The notes beneath the pieces are model-generated. The model saw only the letters and a program-made list of their open reading frames with translations, made no database searches and had not been told where the DNA came from. From a virus: a stretch of 64,000 bases of DNA. A program made the position numbers and the translations under genes. The stretch covers positions 8,162 to 72,161 of IMG/VR virus record IMGVR_UViG_3300042542_004122, one strand, 5' to 3'. Below are positions 15,276-23,006 of this stretch, piece by piece (position 1 is the stretch's first letter; every line of letters starts with the position of its first letter).

Positions 15276-15427
15276 TGATGTTACTGACAGCATTATCACA
15301 TCCTAAGTAGGTTCTAAATACTCGGTTTTATCTACATCATACTCTCGGGTCATATAGCGTACGCAACTGAATCGTGCCTTATATGGCTTGCAATAGTAGA
15401 CCGGGCATACCGAAACCGGTAAAAAAA

Positions 15428-15502
15428 TGGTGGGCCGTGACGGGATTGAACCGCCGACATTCGCCGTGTAAAGACGCTGCTCTGCCGCTGAGCTAACAGC
15501 CC
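15428..15502 (-). tRNA. tRNA-Val(TAC)
   Basis: Cloverleaf, loop TTTACAC, ACCA. Confidence 0.9.
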
Positions 15503-15577
15503 ATAAAAGCCCCTGCCGGCCCGTGAGTTTCTTTCGTGGGCAGGAACGGTATGTTTTATATCAAAAACATACAAAAC

Positions 15578-15653
15578 TGGTAGAGCGTAGGGGATTCGAA
15601 CCCCTGTTAACGGATTGAAAGCCCGCGATCCTAGGCCGCTAGACGAACGCTCC
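15578..15653 (-). tRNA. tRNA-Glu(TTC)
   Basis: Cloverleaf, loop CTTTCAA, CCA. Confidence 0.9.
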
Positions 15654-15658
15654 TCAAT

Positions 15659-15733
15659 TGGTTGCAGAGACAGGACTTGCACCTGTGGCCTTCTGGGTAT
15701 GAGCCAGACGAGCTGCTTCTGCTCCACTCTGCG
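15659..15733 (-). tRNA. initiator-type tRNA-fMet(CAT)
   Basis: C1:A72 mismatch, loop CTCATAC, ACCA. Confidence 0.85.
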
Positions 15734-15735
15734 TT

Positions 15736-15855
15736 ATGATACTTGATTGTGTGCATTTTTATGAGAATCGAACTCACTCAACTCCGAACGCGGCAGAGCT
15801 ATTTACCATTATATCGGCGTGGCCTTTGCCTTCCATGCACACAATCAAATATCAT
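15736..15855 (-). ncRNA. tRNA-like domain closed by a ~21-bp stem
   Basis: ATGATATTTGATTGTGTGCAT/ATGCACACAATCAAGTATCAT encloses D-loop-like AATGGTAA, a 6-bp hairpin and T-arm GTGAG-TTCGATT-CTCAT. Confidence 0.55.
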
Positions 15856-15999
15856 TGATACTTGTTTCCCGAATTTTACTCTCTGCGTTGTCGCCGCAGA
15901 TCCTTCATCCGACAATGTTTTTCAAAACATCAACTTATATATAATACTAAAACTTAGAGCATCTAGCAATATAAAAATGCAATTTTATACTCTAGACGC

Positions 16000-16043
16000 A
16001 AAAAATGCGATAATCTAGGTTACCCTAAACTATCGCATTTTTG
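16000..16043 (-). terminator. terminator after the giant ncRNA
   Basis: AAAAATGCGATA...TATCGCATTTTT inverted repeat. Confidence 0.7.
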
Positions 16044-16045
16044 TA

Positions 16046-16890
16046 GGAAAGCTGAGATTACACTTTCTATATTAGCACTTCAAGAGGTACCCTCTATTTG
16101 CAGTAGAGGTTTTCTTGACATCCACCAGATGCCTGCTAAGGTCACCCAGTATACCAACAGTATCGCCTTTTAAAGTCTGGCAGTAGACTTGACGTTATAC
16201 GCTACTCTATATTATACCGTCCGCTGACCTTGCGAGCCATTAAGCCTTGCGAGCTACGAATTTTTTAATATAAACTGATTTCACCTTGCGGGTTACATCA
16301 GACCAAGTTCTCTTTCGAGCTTGGTATTAGATACCTTTCACATATAACCGAGGCAGACTTTGCTTTTTTAAAACATTGACTGGATTTGAACCAGCGTCCG
16401 TTTGCTTCCAACGCAAATGCTCATCCACTGAGCTACAATAATAACCTACTGCGATGTGCTGCCTCGTTGCTCCGTATGGTTTTGACATACAAAATACAAC
16501 ACACCACGTATCTTTCGCGACGCGCGCTACTCGATCGTATTTTGCGACGATGTATAAGCATTTATAGCTTATCCACTACCGCTGATACTGCAAAAATGCC
16601 TTTAGTTGCTTAAACTTCAGACAGAGATGCTACCCTTTGTTCTACCAACTGCTAGATTGGTGTTGTAGTGAAGTCGGCACCACCCGTTACATTCCAATAA
16701 CTTAGGTTCCCCTTTCGGGCCTATAAGCTATCGTTTTCTCACTACACCTAGTTCATTGTTACCTCCGTTGCCGAAGGCTAGGAACTGGGCTTGCTTAAGT
16801 GGGCCACTCGGAGAGTGGTGCGGTTATGTAGGGATTACCGCTTTTATCACATTACTGTGACTATCCTTATGGGGCTTAAGCGCCCCAACT
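16046..16890 (-). ncRNA. GOLLD-like giant structured ncRNA (~840 nt)
   Basis: No credible ORF; GC-richer segment in a phage tRNA cluster; many GCAA/GAAA tetraloop hairpins; embedded tRNA-like domain; own promoter and terminator. Confidence 0.72.
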
Positions 16891-17089
16891 CATTATTTAT
16901 CTATAATATCAAACTTTTAAGTAACTACCAACTAAAAAATGACTTTTCTTTGTCGGTCCTCTTTAAGAGTTTTATTTTGTAGGAGAGGAGGTTTTACCTG
17001 TCTCTCCGCTTCAGTTTTTATATATTACTAAACTTTTTAGCGTTGAGCAATATAAAAATAAAAGAATTTGGTATAGTGCTATTTTTAAA

Positions 17090-17167
17090 TGGTCCGGGTA
17101 GCAGGATTTGAACCTACGACCCCTCCGCCCCAAACGGAGTGCTCTAGCCAGACTGAGCTATACCCGG
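17090..17167 (-). tRNA. tRNA-Pro(TGG)
   Basis: CTCCG-TTTGGGG-CGGAG, ACCA. Confidence 0.92.
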
Positions 17168-17177
17168 TTAAATTATG

Positions 17178-17253
17178 TGGAGGACTCGACAGGAGTTGCA
17201 CCTGCATATTACCGATTTGCAGTCGGCTGCCTAACTATTCGAACCACGAGTCC
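17178..17253 (-). tRNA. tRNA-Cys(GCA)
   Basis: Loop CTGCAAA, U73 and CCA. Confidence 0.88.
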
Positions 17254-17255
17254 GT

Positions 17256-17330
17256 TGGGGTGACTACTCGGATTTGAGCCGAGTCTGACAGAATCACAAT
17301 CTGTAGTGCTGCCATTACACTATAGCCACC
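17256..17330 (-). tRNA. tRNA-His(GTG)
   Basis: Loop TTGTGAT, encoded G-1:C73, CCA. Confidence 0.88.
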
Positions 17331-17335
17331 ATAAC

Positions 17336-17411
17336 TGGTGCCCCAGACAAGACTTGCACTTGTTTCCTTACCCTTACCAAGGGTCTGTTCAGCTATATGA
17401 ACTTCAGGGGC
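17336..17411 (-). tRNA. tRNA-Thr(GGT)
   Basis: Loop TTGGTAA, ACCA. Confidence 0.85.
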
Positions 17412-17417
17412 GTAATA

Positions 17418-17493
17418 TGGTAGGTTGTCTCTGAATCGAACAGAGTTCCTTCGCTCTTCAGGCGAATGTGTGCACCAGCTTCACCAACAACCC
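17418..17493 (-). tRNA. tRNA-Phe(GAA)
   Basis: TTCGC-CTGAAGA-GCGAA, ACCA. Confidence 0.85.
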
Positions 17494-17494
17494 A

Positions 17495-17571
17495 TGGAGT
17501 ACCTAGTAGGACTTAAACCCACAACCTCTCAGTTCGTAGCCGAGTGCTCTGTTCAATTGAGCTATAGGTAC
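17495..17571 (-). tRNA. tRNA-Arg(ACG)
   Basis: Loop CTACGAA, CCA. Confidence 0.88.
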
Positions 17572-17577
17572 AAGAAA

Positions 17578-17654
17578 TGGTAGACCTCTTCGGACTTGAA
17601 CCGAAAACCCTCAGTTTAAGAGACTGATGCTCTAACCAATTGAGCTAGAGGTCC
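17578..17654 (-). tRNA. tRNA-Lys(CTT)
   Basis: Loop CTCTTAA, ACCA. Confidence 0.9.
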
Positions 17655-17657
17655 ATA

Positions 17658-17746
17658 TGGCGGAGAGCCGGAAGTACGATTTCCATCCCTTTGCAGGCAC
17701 CCTCAGTTTAGCAAACTGTGCTAGCTCCCCGCTAGTTGGCCTCTCC
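17658..17746 (-). tRNA. tRNA-Ser(GCT), 8/4-type (allo-tRNA-like)
   Basis: 8-nt acceptor strand GGAGAGGC, 5-bp D-stem CTAGC/GCTAG, 4-bp T-stem GGAA/TTCC, long V-arm, GCCA. Confidence 0.78.
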
Positions 17747-17941
17747 AGAAATTTGTTTATAATGATGTAAACAGTATTTACGATGCTTATAGTGAATATG
17801 AGCATCATCAAAACAGTTATGAAAAGCACAAAGCTCTAGCTTGTTTTTAAACACAGCTAGAGCGTGCCCAGCGGCGTCAGCGTCTAGTTGGGTCATCCAA
17901 TCTACAAACGCGCGGCGAGCATCCTGCAATTCATCATTCAT
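17732..17941 (-). CDS. hypothetical protein (leaderless, His/Cys-rich C-terminus)
   Basis: ATG 6 nt after TTGCTT-N17-TAAGAT; 3' end overlaps tRNA-Ser. Confidence 0.6.
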   Translation of the reverse strand: MNDELQDARRAFVDWMTQLDADAAGHALAVFKNKLELCAFHNCFDDAHIHYKHRKYCLHHYKQISGEAN

Positions 17942-17990
17942 ATAGATATCTTACTACAGAAATAAGTATTAAGCAAGATAAAAATGAAAT

Positions 17991-18080
17991 TGGCGGAGTG
18001 ATGGCGGAATCGAACCCCTGGCCCGTAGGCTCCAACCGCTTTCAAGGCGGTGCTAGTATCCCCGACTAGACATGCACTCC
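17991..18080 (-). tRNA. tRNA-Ser(TGA), atypical (allo-tRNA-like)
   Basis: ACCGC-CTTGAAA-GCGGT, 5-bp D-stem CTAGT/ACTAG, long V-arm, irregular acceptor/T junction, GCCA. Confidence 0.78.
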
Positions 18081-18093
18081 AAATTCTTTGTAG

Positions 18094-18193
18094 TTAACCC
18101 ATTTGAGATATAGGTGATGGCACACGGGACATTCTGTTGGTCCCGCATAATCTTGCCACTCTGTGGCACAACGCATACATCTAAAATGGGCTA
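18094..18193 (-). ncRNA. candidate three-way-junction RNA
   Basis: Closing stem of about 18 bp plus hairpins TGCCAC/GTGGCA and GCGGGAC/GTCCCGT. Confidence 0.45.
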
Positions 18194-18213
18194 TTTGGCG
18201 ATTCATTGTAAAT

Positions 18214-18297
18214 TGGTGCGACTAGAGGGATTTGCACCCCCACCTCTCTCGAGACTAGTTCCTAAGACTAGCGCGTCTGCTGTTTCGCCATAGTCGC
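18214..18297 (-). tRNA. tRNA-Leu(TAG)
   Basis: CTAGT-CTTAGGA-ACTAG, V-arm, ACCA. Confidence 0.9.
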
Positions 18298-18303
18298 ATT
18301 ATC

Positions 18304-18378
18304 TGGTGCCCACAGAGAGGATTGAACTCCCGACCTTCGGTTTACAAAACCGCTGCACTACCGCTGTGCTATATGGGC
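18304..18378 (-). tRNA. tRNA-Thr(TGT)
   Basis: Loop TTTGTAA, ACCA. Confidence 0.92.
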
Positions 18379-18433
18379 TCGTTTAATTGTTTTTAGATTA
18401 TAAGATATTTTTTAGCAAATACCAATAAAAAAA

Positions 18434-18958
18434 TTAATGTTCCCACTCATACCAGGCAACTGATAGAGCTACAGTCGCAGTAGCTCCGGAGTGTTCAACA
18501 CTTACCATATAATTAGAGTTAGGAGCTAAGATATATTCAGGAACTCCGTCATTTTGAAGATCCCCAGAATCTGCTTTACCGAAATTATAGTGAGTAGTTA
18601 GTAGAGTTCCATTAGCACTAGCTACTGCCCCAGAATATGTAAAAGCGCGATTTGTTGTAATCTCTTCTGGGTGTCTATTAGCACATATTACCGCTGTGCC
18701 AGTTCCCTCGGATGTTAAGGTAGGATTTTCAAATATTTTTAATATTAAAGTTCCACTAGAGTTGTAACTAATAATTTTTCTAAGATGAACCGTAGTAGCA
18801 TTAGTTCTTATTAATACATTGCTAATTGCAGTTCCTACAGAACCGTAATCTACGTCTGTAACAAAAGTTTTTCCTTGGTGAACCATTTGGTGCTCAATAG
18901 TTCTATAAACCTGAATAGGCTCTAGAGAGCGTTCATAAGAATTAGTTCTTACCACCAT
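18434..18958 (-). CDS. hypothetical beta-rich protein
   Basis: GGAG RBS before MVVRTN; long ORF. Confidence 0.7.
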   Translation of the reverse strand: MVVRTNSYERSLEPIQVYRTIEHQMVHQGKTFVTDVDYGSVGTAISNVLIRTNATTVHLRKIISYNSSGTLILKIFENPTLTSEGTGTAVICANRHPEEITTNRAFTYSGAVASANGTLLTTHYNFGKADSGDLQNDGVPEYILAPNSNYMVSVEHSGATATVALSVAWYEWEH

Positions 18959-19092
18959 CTTTTTTTCTCCATAACAGCTCAAGCATTATTTCTAGCTTTT
19001 GCTGTTCGCTATACTGAGTCCAATTTTGTATCTCAGTTATAGTTCTACGACATCCTACGCATGTATTAGTTTTATAAGAGATCTTACAAACC

Positions 19093-19356
19093 TTAATGCA
19101 AGGTGTTAGTATTTTTTTCATTACGATTCATAACTTGCTTAACTCCGTTAATAAACTCTTCAGCCCAACGATTTCTAAAATCTTTCGGACCGCTATTTAT
19201 AATACTAGAGCAACAAGCTATGTGTGCAGCTAATAAGGCAGCAACTATGTAGTGAGAATCCTCTAAAGATTCAGAGGCGACCCTTGTTGCGGCCGCCTCT
19301 GTCATGCTTTGATATAGATCATCTCTTAGTTTTAAGAACTTATCAAAGTTTTCCAT
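19093..19356 (-). CDS. hypothetical protein
   Basis: 87-aa ORF overlapping the upstream gene end. Confidence 0.65.
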   Translation of the reverse strand: MENFDKFLKLRDDLYQSMTEAAATRVASESLEDSHYIVAALLAAHIACCSSIINSGPKDFRNRWAEEFINGVKQVMNRNEKNTNTLH

Positions 19357-19792
19357 CTTTTAACAATTCACCCATCCTACCACGTTTCATGGCTTCCTGC
19401 ACTCTTTTAAATTCAGATAGACGAGGATTCCACTTATTAAGTAGTAAGTCAATTTTATCAGTTTTTACAGCTTGAATAGCAGCTGCTCTTTGTAGACCAG
19501 CTTCTCCATACTGATTAAGTAATTGGGCTGCTCTAGACTCTACGTCGTTATCTTTAAGATATTTGTCGCGTAATACTTTTTCTTGAGCATTTTGTGGTCT
19601 ATCAATGATCCTAGTTCTCCAGCGAAGACTTTGAAAAAGAGAATCAAGTCTATCATACTCTGACCTATCTTTTCTAGCAAGTAGTTTATACTTCCTAGAA
19701 ACAGGTCGCGCACTAACTTTAGGACCAGTCTTCTTAGTAGATACTGCTTGTGTCTGTTTTTGATTTTTATTTTTTGCCATGTATAACTCCAA
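19343..19792 (-). CDS. basic hypothetical protein
   Basis: 149-aa ORF; the true start is probably MAKNKN after GGAG. Confidence 0.7.
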   Translation of the reverse strand: MELYMAKNKNQKQTQAVSTKKTGPKVSARPVSRKYKLLARKDRSEYDRLDSLFQSLRWRTRIIDRPQNAQEKVLRDKYLKDNDVESRAAQLLNQYGEAGLQRAAAIQAVKTDKIDLLLNKWNPRLSEFKRVQEAMKRGRMGELLKDGKL

Positions 19793-19841
19793 TAGTAGCT
19801 ATACTATCAAATAAGACAGATACAAGCAAGTATTATTATAG

Positions 19842-20021
19842 TTATTTTTGTTGTAATGCTCTAAGACTTTCAGTTGAAGTAACTGATATGAGTGTAGTAT
19901 CTGTTTCATATAAGGCGTGACATTTAAAACAAGATATTAACTCAGCAGACTCATCAGAACGTTTCCAATCTATGTTCTCATTACCACATTTAATACAGAA
20001 AGTCTTAAAGATACAAATCAC
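19842..20021 (-). CDS. small zinc-ribbon protein
   Basis: Hand translation from GTG: ...FCIKCGNE...ISCFKCHALY; 59 aa. Confidence 0.5.
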   Translation of the reverse strand: MICIFKTFCIKCGNENIDWKRSDESAELISCFKCHALYETDTTLISVTSTESLRALQQK

Positions 20022-20312
20022 TCAGTCTTCTTTAGCTATCTTAGCAGTTTTTTCTTGAGTGCGACCAAAGGCTGAGATACCTAATACTGCGCCCATAGCT
20101 AGGTGAAATAGTCCACCTTCTGCTAGAGTTAAACTTTTCCACACTGTGTGCGGTATTTTAGTTACAGCAGATAAAATACCAAAAAATACAGGAGCTAACA
20201 TAAAATCAAATAAACATATTGCCATGTAACTCCAACCCATGGCCGGTCTCCAGTATTTTTGAACCCAACTCTCAGGTGGTTTTACCTCTTTAGGTTCTGT
20301 ATCATCGCTCAT
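20022..20312 (-). CDS. holin (3TM/GTA-holin family)
   Basis: WRPAMGW...FDF...LG(I)SAFGRTQEK; lies in the lysis cassette. Confidence 0.8.
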   Translation of the reverse strand: MSDDTEPKEVKPPESWVQKYWRPAMGWSYMAICLFDFMLAPVFFGILSAVTKIPHTVWKSLTLAEGGLFHLAMGAVLGISAFGRTQEKTAKIAKED

Positions 20313-20321
20313 CTCTTTCCT

Positions 20322-20573
20322 TTAAGAAGCTGCCTGAGCTATTGCTATTAAGGCTTTTACTGCTTCTTCAATTTTTGCTTGAGTCTCTAACTCATCTGCA
20401 AATTTAGCTAAGTTTTTTTGAGAGATTAAGTCTCTTAATAGTTCTTCATGTTCTTCTTTAGAAATTAATCCTTCTTCAAACTCTCTATGATATTTAATAG
20501 CTTTATTAGCACAACTAATAACGGCAAAATCTGTGTGCCTAGATAGATTAGTTAATTCGGATATTGGGTTCAT
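20322..20573 (-). CDS. hypothetical protein
   Basis: 83-aa helical ORF. Confidence 0.65.
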   Translation of the reverse strand: MNPISELTNLSRHTDFAVISCANKAIKYHREFEEGLISKEEHEELLRDLISQKNLAKFADELETQAKIEEAVKALIAIAQAAS

Positions 20574-20959
20574 CTAGATCTCCTATTCATACTTTGTTGC
20601 ATTGTTTCTGTAGATTCCATGATGGTTTCCAGTTTTTCTTCGCAATAAGTTTTAGATACTCTAGATACAGTAAGATATCTATTATGCATAGGTTCTACTA
20701 TATTAAAAAGTTCTTTGCTCATATTATATGTAGGGTTGTTATTAGGTAGATGTTCAGAATAGTGAACTAAAGTGAGACTAAGTTCTGTCATCTGTTGAGT
20801 TTTATCTCTCATATACGACATATCGTCACAATGTTTACGAGAAAGCTGACTGATAGTTCTAATTTGAGTTACATATGAATATTCAACAGAATCAAATTTA
20901 GCAGTAAATATACAACTACTGAGAAGGAGTGTTAGAGGTATCAGACTTAATTTCTTCAT
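20570..20959 (-). CDS. lipoprotein of unknown function
   Basis: MKKLSLIPLTLLLSSC lipobox. Confidence 0.7.
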   Translation of the reverse strand: MKKLSLIPLTLLLSSCIFTAKFDSVEYSYVTQIRTISQLSRKHCDDMSYMRDKTQQMTELSLTLVHYSEHLPNNNPTYNMSKELFNIVEPMHNRYLTVSRVSKTYCEEKLETIMESTETMQQSMNRRSR

Positions 20960-21296
20960 TAGAAGTAACCTTCCTATAATATACAATTATTTCTTTCTGT
21001 TGATTGATGTAACGTCGTATCTCTTCTAAATTTAAAGCCATAGTTTCATAGTCTTTAACGCTAAAAGCTATAAATACAAAGTCATCACCGTATTTTTTCT
21101 TCCATTGTTTTAAGAAGTCATCTATATTTTCACTAGTAACTACTTTGAATTCTACATCTTCTAATTTTACAGCTCTAACAGCAGCCGGCTGCATTACAGG
21201 AACTTTAACAGGTTCCGCAGATATCTCTATCTTTTTTTCTCTAGAAAAACAGCCAGATAATAAAACAAGGCTACTTACTAGTAGTATCTTGTTCAA
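20916..21296 (-). CDS. o-spanin-like lipoprotein
   Basis: LLSGC lipobox; overlaps the i-spanin 3' end. Confidence 0.7.
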   Translation of the reverse strand: MNKILLVSSLVLLSGCFSREKKIEISAEPVKVPVMQPAAVRAVKLEDVEFKVVTSENIDDFLKQWKKKYGDDFVFIAFSVKDYETMALNLEEIRRYINQQKEIIVYYRKVTSNEEIKSDTSNTPSQ

Positions 21297-21651
21297 TCTG
21301 CCTAAAGGTTCTCTTAGTTCCATTATTAATCTTTTTTTCTGCTTCAGAAGGTCTATCTTTCAAAATCTTTTCTAGATTGTGTTTTTTTAAAAGATTAGAC
21401 AACTTAGCTTTATCTTCTTCTACCTTAGATAGATTAGATTGTAATTCATTAGCAAGTTTTGCTTGTCTAGCAAAATCTTCTTTCATAGCTTCTATAGTTT
21501 TCTTCTGTATCTCTACAGCTACTTCTAATTTAGCTACGTTCTCTTGTAAAATTTGAATAGTATTTTGACTATCTACATAGTAAATATAAAAGGCACTAGA
21601 TACGGTAACAAGAGCTATTGCTAAACCTAGCGATATTTTTCCGCCTATCAT
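21271..21651 (-). CDS. i-spanin-like protein
   Basis: N-terminal TM helix plus long coiled coil, directly after the endolysin. Confidence 0.75.
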   Translation of the reverse strand: MIGGKISLGLAIALVTVSSAFYIYYVDSQNTIQILQENVAKLEVAVEIQKKTIEAMKEDFARQAKLANELQSNLSKVEEDKAKLSNLLKKHNLEKILKDRPSEAEKKINNGTKRTFRQIEQDTTSK

Positions 21652-22115
21652 TATGCAATTAATCCTGGTTTATATACTGTCTTTCCATTTTCTTTCATAG
21701 CGGTCATAACTTTCTTCTGATTATCACCTTCTACATAAGATACATGGACCCAGCCACTATCTGGTATTCCTGGGGTATAGAATTCTAAAATTAACTGTCT
21801 AAATTCTAGGTTATTTCTAATCCATTCTGCTAATTCTGCATTAGCTATTCCGGGTATTTCAATGTCGGCAGCTTGGCCTTGGCAGTGATCTGAGGTCTTT
21901 GATCCGCCTACAGCCGCGTTAACTTCTGGATGGCGAAACCCAGAGTTAACTTTTACACCCTTGCCAAAAGCATCCCTGATAGGCTGAAGAACATTTTCAC
22001 AAAGAGCCTTTAGGTTTTCAATCTCTCTTTCTCCAGGGGTATTATCAAGTCCGTGTCTAAGGGCTGTTTCGCTCTTAACCATTTCTGATAGAGAAAAGTT
22101 TTTTGTAAGCTGCAT
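21651..22115 (-). CDS. endolysin, peptidase M15A family
   Basis: SGFR...N..VGGSKTSDH..GQAADI...WVHVSY. Confidence 0.9.
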   Translation of the reverse strand: MQLTKNFSLSEMVKSETALRHGLDNTPGEREIENLKALCENVLQPIRDAFGKGVKVNSGFRHPEVNAAVGGSKTSDHCQGQAADIEIPGIANAELAEWIRNNLEFRQLILEFYTPGIPDSGWVHVSYVEGDNQKKVMTAMKENGKTVYKPGLIA

Positions 22116-22292
22116 ATGAACTCCTTTTTAATTATTGGTAGTTTATCAAAACTTTTTTTACTAGTCAAACCAAAATCTTCCAAGTTACCTATGCAACATT
22201 AATTTTTTAGATTTACATAAGCACAGAAAAGTATTCTTTTACTATTTGTGGTATTTTTAAAAAAGTGTATAATATCTATAAAGGAGCACGTC

Positions 22293-22577
22293 ATGGAAGC
22301 AGAATTCTTTAAACTGGTTGCAGAGGTAGGATTTCCTATAGCATCATCTATAGCTGGTGGTTACTTTGTATTTCTTACTCTCAAATTCATTCTCGCAGGG
22401 GTTCAAAGCTCTGTAAAAGGTTTAAGTGGAATTATTGTTGCACTTGATAACAGAGTTAAAACAATGAACCACGATATTATCAGAATTGATGCACTAATAT
22501 CTACAGCTCTAGGAGTAAAACCAGATACAGATAGAATTGCAAGAGCGGACGGTAAAAACGACGCTAGAAAGGACTAA
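22293..22577 (+). CDS. small membrane protein
   Basis: AAGGAG RBS; VGFPIA TM segment; similar to 22764-23006. Confidence 0.75.
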   Translation: MEAEFFKLVAEVGFPIASSIAGGYFVFLTLKFILAGVQSSVKGLSGIIVALDNRVKTMNHDIIRIDALISTALGVKPDTDRIARADGKNDARKD

Positions 22578-22761
22578 GGTGTTTTACTTAGGTTATAATA
22601 TACAAATATCAAATAGCTCTCTAGTATTAGACGAAGAGTTAGTTTTAATGCCCAATCAAAATAATAGTAGGATACAACAAACTTTACCTTGGAAAGAAGG
22701 TGATAAATTTGAATTAACAGTAATTCAGGGTAATACTGTATTTAAAAAAGTGAAGGATTAA
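22537..22761 (+). CDS. hypothetical protein (AbrB-like C-terminus possible)
   Basis: LPWKEGDKFEL; start uncertain. Confidence 0.45.
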   Translation: MQERTVKTTLERTKVFYLGYNIQISNSSLVLDEELVLMPNQNNSRIQQTLPWKEGDKFELTVIQGNTVFKKVKD

Positions 22762-22763
22762 CT

Positions 22764-23006
22764 ATGGATATGGTTCAACTTATTAATAAATATGGATTTC
22801 CCATTGTTGCTGCAGGCGGTATGGGTTACCTTATTTTTTACGTTTGGAAATGGGCAACGGCAGAAATTAAACCTGTTCTATCAGAAGCTAATACTGTATT
22901 GATAGCATTAATAGATCGTGTCAGAATGTTAGATAACGATTTAATAAGACTTAATCAAAAGATTAACATAGTATTAATGCTAAAGGAAAGGAATGAAAAG
23001 CCGTAA
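22764..23006 (+). CDS. small membrane protein
   Basis: YGFPIVAA TM segment, LIDRVRMLDNDLIR. Confidence 0.75.
   Translation: MDMVQLINKYGFPIVAAGGMGYLIFYVWKWATAEIKPVLSEANTVLIALIDRVRMLDNDLIRLNQKINIVLMLKERNEKP

Noticed and set aside
16046-16890. rRNA fragment or group I/II intron
   Set aside because: No rRNA signature recognised, no interrupted host gene, and it has its own promoter and terminator.
14658-17829. Track ORFs 14658-15053, 15350-15727, 15743-16018, 16386-16613, 16791-16982, 17089-17277 and 17632-17829
   Set aside because: They overlap tRNA or ncRNA genes and have no protein-like features.
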